A stretch of DNA of 63,619 bases, the filler included. It is 4 parts of 4 records of this genome, joined end to end, with 100 filler letters (N's around TTAATTAATTAA, not from the genome) between each part and the next. Parts side by side here need not be neighbours in the genome. Positions count along the whole stretch, not along the records: positions 57,179 to 63,619 come from SRR31156797_10013; 3 more parts are not named here. One strand, 5' to 3'. Shown here piece by piece: positions 57,260 to 63,619 of this stretch (the stretch's first letter is position 1; each line of letters opens with the position of its first letter). The position numbers were made by a program, and so were the translations under genes. Below the pieces are notes generated by a model. The model was not told the DNA's origin. It ran no database searches and worked only from the letters and a program-made list of their open reading frames with translations.

Positions 57260-57434
57260 CAAGCATTATTTTTAAGATTAAAACTGATTTATAGCATATA
57301 AAAAAAACATTTAAAGCACAGGGCACATGGTCCTAGTAAATAATCATATATTACTAATAGGATGCAGAGTTATTACTGATCCACTCTGTATCCTTGGTAA
57401 TAAAATTTAAGTAATTAGAAGGAGTGAAATAAAA

Positions 57435-57914
57435 ATGGGTGAAATTATTTTTCACATTTTCCTATTAGTAGTATTAGGGGTATTCTATAACGAATCATTA
57501 GGAATCAACACTGCCAGAATGACTGATCCTATCGGTCCAGCTGGTTTCCCAAGAGGAATCATATATTTAGCTGCAATTCTACTTATTGTATCTTTAGTAA
57601 GTGTTATTAAAAATTACAAAAACAACAAAACTGAAGGAAAACAAAAAATCAAAGAACTTGACCCTGGATTTTTAATTATTCTAGCTACAATTGTTGCTTT
57701 CGTATCAACAGTTGGTTATATTGGATTCTTATTTGGTGGAATCGTTGTAATCGCTGCTGTTATGTGGGTACTTAACGAAAGAGCACCGATTAAGTTAGTT
57801 TCTGTAGCATTCCTTGGTGCATTAGTATTTACTTTCGTATTTGGAAAAATATTAAGTATTCCTTTACCAAGAGGAATAGCTATCTTTGAAACTGTAAGTT
57901 ACTGGTTATACTAA
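57435..57914 (+). CDS. tctB: Tripartite tricarboxylate transporter small subunit
   Basis: GPAGFP, four TM helices, IGF, F...LSIPLPRG. Confidence 0.92.
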   Translation: MGEIIFHIFLLVVLGVFYNESLGINTARMTDPIGPAGFPRGIIYLAAILLIVSLVSVIKNYKNNKTEGKQKIKELDPGFLIILATIVAFVSTVGYIGFLFGGIVVIAAVMWVLNERAPIKLVSVAFLGALVFTFVFGKILSIPLPRGIAIFETVSYWLY

Positions 57915-57978
57915 TAAAACTAAACTTTCTACCAAAAGTTACGAAACTTAAAGTTTCCTAGCTAAAAAGGAGAAGCTA

Positions 57979-58122
57979 ATGGATTTTACTTTATTAGTTG
58001 AGATACCTAAGATAATATTCATGCCTATATATGCAATGTTGATTATGTTGGGGATCTCAATAACAGGATTTATTTTATTAGAAGTAATCACACATTTTGT
58101 TTTATACAAAGGTGTAGAATAG
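57979..58122 (+). CDS. 47-aa hydrophobic small protein resembling the TctA N-terminus (not in the ORF track)
   Basis: AAGGAG RBS, then MDFTLLVEIPKIIFMPIYAMLIMLGISITGFILLEVITHFVLYKGVE*. Confidence 0.6.
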   Translation: MDFTLLVEIPKIIFMPIYAMLIMLGISITGFILLEVITHFVLYKGVE

Positions 58123-58212
58123 TAGCATAATAGTTTATTTTTTTAAATGGTTTATTTTAGATTTTGTGTGATTCACTAATTACACACTTATCAATAGAAT
58201 GGAGGACAAATA

Positions 58213-59730
58213 ATGAATTTTGCTTTATTAAGTGAGGCACTTCAAACAATGTTTATACCTATGAACTTTGCATTATGTCTTATAGGAATGACATTAGGTG
58301 TATTTTTCGGAGCATTACCAGGAATCAGTTCATCGATGGGAATCGTATTAATGATCCCTTTCACATATTACATGGGTATTATCCCATCTATCATCTTATT
58401 GGTTGCACTTTACGCAGGTTCTGCATACGGAGGGTCAATTACAGCTATCCTATTTAATACACCGGGAACAGCAGAATCAGTAGCTACAACATTTGACGGT
58501 TATCCAATGGCACAACAAGGTAAAGCAGGTAAAGCACTAGGTCTGGCTATGACAGGATCAGCTTTCGGAGGAATCTTCTCTGTATTAGTTATGCTTCTCC
58601 TTGCACCTTTATTGTCAAAGATTGCCCTTAAAATTCAATCAGCTGAATACTTTGCACTGACTTTATTAGGAATTGCATGTATTTCATCAGTTGGATCTAA
58701 GAATCTGTCAAAAGCTCTTATTACAGGTCTTATTGGTATCCTAATCGCAATGGTTGGTATGGATCCAATGACCGGTGTTTCTAGATTAACATTTGGATCA
58801 ATTAATTTCTTAAATGGTATCGAATACATCCCTATCATGATCGGTTCATTCGCAATGGCTGAAGTATTCAAGCAAGTTATCAACAGAAAGAAACCTGGAG
58901 ATGCTGCTGACGAAGAGCAGGATATGGGTGGAGTATCACTTGAAAGTATCAAGTTAAAAGATTTACTTGAATACAAAATTACTATCATCAAATCAGCAAT
59001 TATCGGAACATGTGTTGGTATCTTACCTGGTACTGGTGGATCAATTGCATCAATCGTAAGTTATGGTGAAGCAGCTAGATCTAGTAAAAACAAAGCTAAA
59101 TTTGGTCAAGGTGCTGAAGAGGGAGTACTTGCTCCTGAAACTGCAAACAATGCCGCTGGTGGAGGAGCTATGATTCCTACATTAGTACTTGGAATCCCTG
59201 GATCACCTACTACTGCAATCATCTTAGCAGCTTTAGTATTACAAGGATTACAACCTGGTCCACAATTAATGGCTGAGCAACCTTTATTACTTTACTGTAT
59301 CTTCTTCTCAATGCTAATTGCCAGTATTGTTGTATTCCTTGGTGGAAGATTTGCAGTTAAAGCATTCGCAGCTGTTTTAAAATTACCATATGGTTTAATC
59401 GCTCCTATGATCGTTATGTTCTCTATCATCGGTGCATATGCTAGATCAAACGATATGTATCAAATTTGGGTAATGCTTACATTCGGAATATTTGGTTATT
59501 TTATGAAAAAATTCCAATTCTCTGCAGCATCACTTATATTAGGTATCGTTCTTGGTAACATGATGGAAGAAAGTTTCAGAAGACAACTTCTATTATCAAA
59601 CGGTAGTTATGCTTCATTCGTTCAAAGACCAATTGCATTAGTTATCTTCATCGCAGTTGCATTCGTTTTATTCTTCCCAATTGTTGCTAAAATAATGGAA
59701 AATAAAAAAACTAAAGAAGCGGCTGCTTAA
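58213..59730 (+). CDS. tctA: Tripartite tricarboxylate transporter large subunit
   Basis: GALPGI, YGGSITAILFNTPG, DGYPMA, GILPGTG, APETANNA, IPTLVLGIPG, PGP. Confidence 0.96.
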   Translation: MNFALLSEALQTMFIPMNFALCLIGMTLGVFFGALPGISSSMGIVLMIPFTYYMGIIPSIILLVALYAGSAYGGSITAILFNTPGTAESVATTFDGYPMAQQGKAGKALGLAMTGSAFGGIFSVLVMLLLAPLLSKIALKIQSAEYFALTLLGIACISSVGSKNLSKALITGLIGILIAMVGMDPMTGVSRLTFGSINFLNGIEYIPIMIGSFAMAEVFKQVINRKKPGDAADEEQDMGGVSLESIKLKDLLEYKITIIKSAIIGTCVGILPGTGGSIASIVSYGEAARSSKNKAKFGQGAEEGVLAPETANNAAGGGAMIPTLVLGIPGSPTTAIILAALVLQGLQPGPQLMAEQPLLLYCIFFSMLIASIVVFLGGRFAVKAFAAVLKLPYGLIAPMIVMFSIIGAYARSNDMYQIWVMLTFGIFGYFMKKFQFSAASLILGIVLGNMMEESFRRQLLLSNGSYASFVQRPIALVIFIAVAFVLFFPIVAKIMENKKTKEAAA

Positions 59731-59784
59731 AAATATATTAATAATGATTTTACCTCTAATTTAGGGTAATATATAATAGAGCAA

Positions 59785-59821
59785 ACTTAAAGTTACGCAT
59801 CCCCAGTGCGTAACTTTAAGT
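59785..59821 (+). terminator. 15-bp perfect stem-loop after tctA
   Basis: acttaaagttacgca-tccccag-tgcgtaactttaagt; weak U tract. Confidence 0.6.
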
Positions 59822-59942
59822 CATATATATGATAGAAAAATAAATTGAATTTTGTAGGGGTATCCGAGTAAGCGCAGATTATTTTTTAGACCAAAGTAAA
59901 TACACAAGGCATTACCCATACAATTTAAATATTATTTCTATC

Positions 59943-60049
59943 CAAAGTCAGATTGGGTCATTCTGATTTAAAAAATATATACTTAAAAAATAATTAGAGA
60001 CATTATTTTTTATACAAAGTCAGATTGGACCATTCTGACTTAAAAAATA
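59943..60049. repeat. Two copies of a 35-bp palindromic repeat, 72 bp apart
   Basis: 59943-59977 and 60015-60049, 32/35 identical; core AAGTCAGA-TTGGACCAT-TCTGACTT. Confidence 0.85.
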
Positions 60050-60056
60050 ATTAGAG

Positions 60057-61931
60057 GTGATAAAAATTAATATTAATAAAAATTATTTAAAACAAAACAA
60101 ATCAATAATCATATCTATGCTGGGGATATTTTTAGCTATCCTGATGGGAGTGGGAATACTTAAAAACTATAGAGATTTAAGAGATGCTCTAATCTCCAGT
60201 GAACAGAAGCATCTGCTTACAATTGCTGATACAACAGCTAAAAATATCGAAGCATATTTTGAAGCTGAAAAGAGAACTATGGATGTCCTAATTCATGATT
60301 CTAAATTCCAAAAAGAGTTTGAATCATTATTAGACTCTTCTAATAAACTGGGAAATGATAACTCACTTCAAATGTATTATAAGATTGAATTTCCAAGGGT
60401 TGAAGCTGTTCAACTACTTAATTTAGATGGAAAAATCGTCACTGAATATCCGAGAAGTTTGGAAAAAAATGATTTTTCTAAGCTAAATAATGAAATTCAA
60501 ATTGTACTAAATAGAAATGAAACTATTGTAACAAAAGTTTATTTTGAGAACCAAAAACCCTTTGTAAGTATACTTAAACCAATTAGAATAAATGAAAAAA
60601 TTAAAGGTATTATTAGTTGCAAATTGAATATCAATCATATCTATAAAACATTTATCAGTCCTATTAAAACCGGTGAAAAAGGCTATGCATCTGTTAAAGA
60701 TTATTCCGGGATTTTCATTATGCATCCTTCAAAATCCGAGATAGGAAAAAATGTATTAAATATAAGAACTACAAGATTTCCACAATATGATTGGAGTGAA
60801 TTAGCAACACTCTTTAAAAAACAGATGTCTGGTAAAAAAGGAGTAGAAATTTATCACTCTGTCTGGATAACTGATCAGAAACCAAAAAGAACTAAAAAAT
60901 TCAACGGATATGCACCTGCATTTATCAGTGAGAATTTCTGGATAATTACAGTATCTGCTGATTATAATGAAGTAGTAAGTGTCATCAAAAAAAACTATTA
61001 TATTACCGTAATTATTGCTTTTTTAATTATTAGTATTATTATTTCATCAATCGTTTATACCTATATTATTAGAGAAAAAAAGAAAAAATTAGAGATTAAA
61101 TCCAGATACTTAAACGAAGTAAAAAAATTAAATAAAGAACTGGAAGAGGATATATATCACAGAAAAATTCTTGAAGGTGAGTTAAAACAAAAGTTAAAAG
61201 AGAATAGAGAAAAAGAAGTACTCTTAATCGCACAATCAAGATATGCTGCAATGGGAGAGATGATTGCAAATATTGCACACCAATGGAGGCAGCCGCTTAG
61301 TACACTTGCTCTTATTCTTTCAAATATAGAGGATTCATTTATCTATAATGATCTAAAAAAAGAGGAAGTTGAAAAATTATTTAAAAAATCAAAATTGATA
61401 ATTAATAAAATGTCTGAAACTATTGAAGATTTCAAAGATTTCTTTAACCCTAAAACAGATAAAGAAAAATTTTCAGTTTTGCACTGTATCGAATCCACTA
61501 TTGAGTTAACTTCTGAAAGAATAAAACATAATCTAATAGAATTAAGCGTAGATTATGAAAATGAAATCTTAATTAACGGTTATGAAAATCAATTATCACA
61601 GGTTATCTTGAATATGATCAATAACGCAATTGATGCTTTAATCGAAAACAGGGCCCAAAACAAAAGAATCAATATCTCTATCTATAAAGAGATTGTAGAA
61701 AACAACTCCAAAGCTGTTATTGAAATTCATGACAATGCCGGAGGGGTAAGTCAGGAGATTCAGCAAAAAATATTCGAACCATATTTTTCAACTAAAAATA
61801 AGAAAAACGGAACCGGATTAGGCTTATACATGTCAAAAATGATTATTGAGAAAAATTTTGAAGGTGTAATTGAAGTAACAAATAAACATGAAGGAGCTTC
61901 ATTTAAGTTGTATTTTCCTCAAAATAATTAA
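60057..61931 (+). CDS. Sensor histidine kinase with extracellular dCache domain
   Basis: Two TMs flanking a Cache domain (KGYASVKD..G.FIMHP); H-box IAHQWRQPL; N-box QVILNMINNAIDA; DNAGG; GTGLGL. Confidence 0.95.
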   Translation: MIKININKNYLKQNKSIIISMLGIFLAILMGVGILKNYRDLRDALISSEQKHLLTIADTTAKNIEAYFEAEKRTMDVLIHDSKFQKEFESLLDSSNKLGNDNSLQMYYKIEFPRVEAVQLLNLDGKIVTEYPRSLEKNDFSKLNNEIQIVLNRNETIVTKVYFENQKPFVSILKPIRINEKIKGIISCKLNINHIYKTFISPIKTGEKGYASVKDYSGIFIMHPSKSEIGKNVLNIRTTRFPQYDWSELATLFKKQMSGKKGVEIYHSVWITDQKPKRTKKFNGYAPAFISENFWIITVSADYNEVVSVIKKNYYITVIIAFLIISIIISSIVYTYIIREKKKKLEIKSRYLNEVKKLNKELEEDIYHRKILEGELKQKLKENREKEVLLIAQSRYAAMGEMIANIAHQWRQPLSTLALILSNIEDSFIYNDLKKEEVEKLFKKSKLIINKMSETIEDFKDFFNPKTDKEKFSVLHCIESTIELTSERIKHNLIELSVDYENEILINGYENQLSQVILNMINNAIDALIENRAQNKRINISIYKEIVENNSKAVIEIHDNAGGVSQEIQQKIFEPYFSTKNKKNGTGLGLYMSKMIIEKNFEGVIEVTNKHEGASFKLYFPQNN

Positions 61932-61951
61932 AACCAGTAAAGGAGAATTAA

Positions 61952-62713
61952 ATGAACTTAATTAATTTTAAAATATTGTATGTAGAAGATGATAATGCTC
62001 ATAGAGAACAACTAAAAATTTTCTTAAAAAGAAGAGTTGGAAAACTATATACTGCATCTAATGGCAAAGAGGGTTTAACACTCTTTAATTCTCACAGACC
62101 TGATATAGTTATCAGTGATCTAAAAATGCCGGAGATGGATGGCCTGGAAATGAGTAGAAAAATCAGAGAGGTAGATGACAGATGCGCAATAATTATTACC
62201 ACTGCGTTTTCTGATGTAGAGACTATTTTAAACGCTGTAGATTTAAGAATCGATAAATATGTCTTGAAGCCAATCAATACTGATGAGTTAATGGAAACTG
62301 TGCATAACAGTGCGCTTCGATTAGCAGGAAAAAAGAGTGAAGAACTTGTAATCGGTAAAAAAATCATTACTGATAAAAAAGAAAAATTAGACTACGAAGC
62401 TAAACTTCAAACTAAGTTAGCTCATTTTATCAAAAGTAACTCGGGAAAAGGCCCTAAAATAGTAAAAGCTTTTATTAAAAATAATCTAATCGAAATAGAA
62501 GCTCAAGATACCCTGACTATTTTTGAGAAGAAGCTGCTTGAAAGAGAAAAAAATCAAAACCTGGTTATCTTTAGCAGGGAAGCTTTTTATAACGACAGAA
62601 GAAAAGAGTTAGAAAAACTTTTTTCTGAGATATTGGAAGTAAAATGTATTCTTGAAAAAGTTACCATCAATGTAAAAGAGAATAAAGATCATTTTATTTT
62701 TTCAATCAAATAG
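61952..62713 (+). CDS. Response regulator: REC domain fused to a C-terminal DUF2294/MpsC-like domain
   Basis: VEDD, SDLKMP, TAF, KP receiver residues; C-terminal FIKSNSGKGPKIVKA...TLTIFEKKL...R..F motif. Confidence 0.85.
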   Translation: MNLINFKILYVEDDNAHREQLKIFLKRRVGKLYTASNGKEGLTLFNSHRPDIVISDLKMPEMDGLEMSRKIREVDDRCAIIITTAFSDVETILNAVDLRIDKYVLKPINTDELMETVHNSALRLAGKKSEELVIGKKIITDKKEKLDYEAKLQTKLAHFIKSNSGKGPKIVKAFIKNNLIEIEAQDTLTIFEKKLLEREKNQNLVIFSREAFYNDRRKELEKLFSEILEVKCILEKVTINVKENKDHFIFSIK

Positions 62714-62834
62714 ATATATTAATACGCTTAGCTATAGTTTAAAAAATAATAAAAAAAGGAATTAAGGCTTAGAGTTGTATAAAGTTAAAAGAGGAGACTG
62801 TTAAGAGGCTTTAAAAAATAAGGAGGAGTTAAAC

Positions 62835-63581
62835 ATGAAAAAATTTATGTTGGTTTTATTAGTTTTAATCTTCAGTGTAACAGCTTTATCAGAAACAGTT
62901 TTAAAAATTGATCTACAGGATACTCAACCAAAGTATATTAAAAATGCAGATGGAACTTATTCGGGTATCTGTATCGAATTATTGGAGCTTATTGAGGAAA
63001 ATTCAGATTATAAATTTGAATACAACAAATCATTTTTACCTTCTAAAAGAATTCAATATAATATGGAGAAGGGAAGCGCAGATATTCATATGGGGTGGTC
63101 GCGAAACTCTAAAAGAGAAGCTCTGTTTACATTTGGAGAACCGCTATATGATGTTGCAACTATCTTAATCTCGAATAAAAGTTTTCCTAAAGACATTAAT
63201 GATTTGAATGAACTAAATAAAGTAGGAAGTTCTACAGTTTTAGCAGTTCAAGGTGTCGGATCAAATGAGTATCTGAAAAAAAATCTTGGATTAAAACTGG
63301 ATGATTCGGGAAGAGATACAACTGTTAATCTTCAAAAATTAATGAGTAAAAGAGCAGATTACTTCACATATCATAACTTAGGATTATTATACAAATTAAG
63401 AGATGCTAAATATCAGGGTAAATTTAAAGTTCACGGAGCTGTACTTAGAAGTTATCAACATTGGATGGTCTTTTCTAAATCTACTCCTCAAAATGTAGTA
63501 GATGATATCAATAAAATCGTTAAAAAACTAAAAGCTTCCGGTGAATGGCAAAAAGTTACAGATAAATATTTGAAATTATAA
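62835..63581 (+). CDS. Periplasmic substrate-binding protein, family 3
   Basis: GGAGG RBS, signal peptide, QPKY, SGICIE, LPSKR, LMSKRAD, LKASGEWQKVTDKY. Confidence 0.88.
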   Translation: MKKFMLVLLVLIFSVTALSETVLKIDLQDTQPKYIKNADGTYSGICIELLELIEENSDYKFEYNKSFLPSKRIQYNMEKGSADIHMGWSRNSKREALFTFGEPLYDVATILISNKSFPKDINDLNELNKVGSSTVLAVQGVGSNEYLKKNLGLKLDDSGRDTTVNLQKLMSKRADYFTYHNLGLLYKLRDAKYQGKFKVHGAVLRSYQHWMVFSKSTPQNVVDDINKIVKKLKASGEWQKVTDKYLKL

Positions 63582-63619
63582 TGAGGCTGACAGACCTCAC
63601 CCAACCCTCTCCTAACTTA

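Noticed and set aside
59943-60049. Mini CRISPR array (35-bp palindromic repeats, 37-bp spacer)
   Set aside because: Only two copies, the spacer repeats flanking sequence and is itself palindromic, and no cas genes are present
63594-63619. REP-like half element (acctcacccaaccctctcct)
   Set aside because: Cut off by the window end; the second arm is not visible

Overview
The window is not one locus. It is four unrelated contigs joined by artificial 100-bp spacers (44 N + TTAATTAATTAA + 44 N) at 21864-21963, 30161-30260 and 57079-57178. Contig 1 (1-21863) looks like an anaerobic Bacteroidota (T9SS C-terminal domain, TAnnTTTG promoters). It carries an ECF sigma/anti-sigma pair, a 2048-aa modular gingipain-like C25 protease, a sulfur-handling operon (SQR, DUF1641, TusE/DsrC, DsrE2) divergent from a Crp/Fnr regulator with tandem TGA-N6-TCA boxes, a pseudogene, a porin/lipoprotein pair, a flavodiiron protein, a stand-alone EF-G and small genes. 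Contig 2 (21964-30160) is from an AT-rich anaerobe of uncertain taxon: Fe-S ATPases (COG1149, Mrp), DUF134, two AraC regulators, an aldehyde dehydrogenase and a SnoaL/hydrolase fusion lipoprotein. Contig 3 (30261-57078) looks like Desulfovibrionaceae (Maridesulfovibrio-like): ilvE, aminotransferase-hom-apgM, a TetR unit, tetraheme cytochrome c3, gpt plus a purine/nucleoside ABC transporter, a degenerate GGDEF protein, an S9 peptidase, dgt, glk, an orphan motB-motA pair in reversed order and maf. Contig 4 (57179-63619) is AT-rich and Fusobacteriaceae-like: a tctC(partial)-tctB-tctA transporter with an unannotated 47-aa TctA-derived mini-ORF, palindromic repeats, a Cache histidine kinase and a REC-DUF2294/MpsC response regulator. 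No CRISPR array, rRNA, tRNA or transposase was recognised. Best candidates for an under-described system are the Fnr-linked SQR/DUF1641/TusE/DsrE module and the Tct + mini-TctA + HK/REC-MpsC module. All family and taxon calls come from motif recognition, not database searches.
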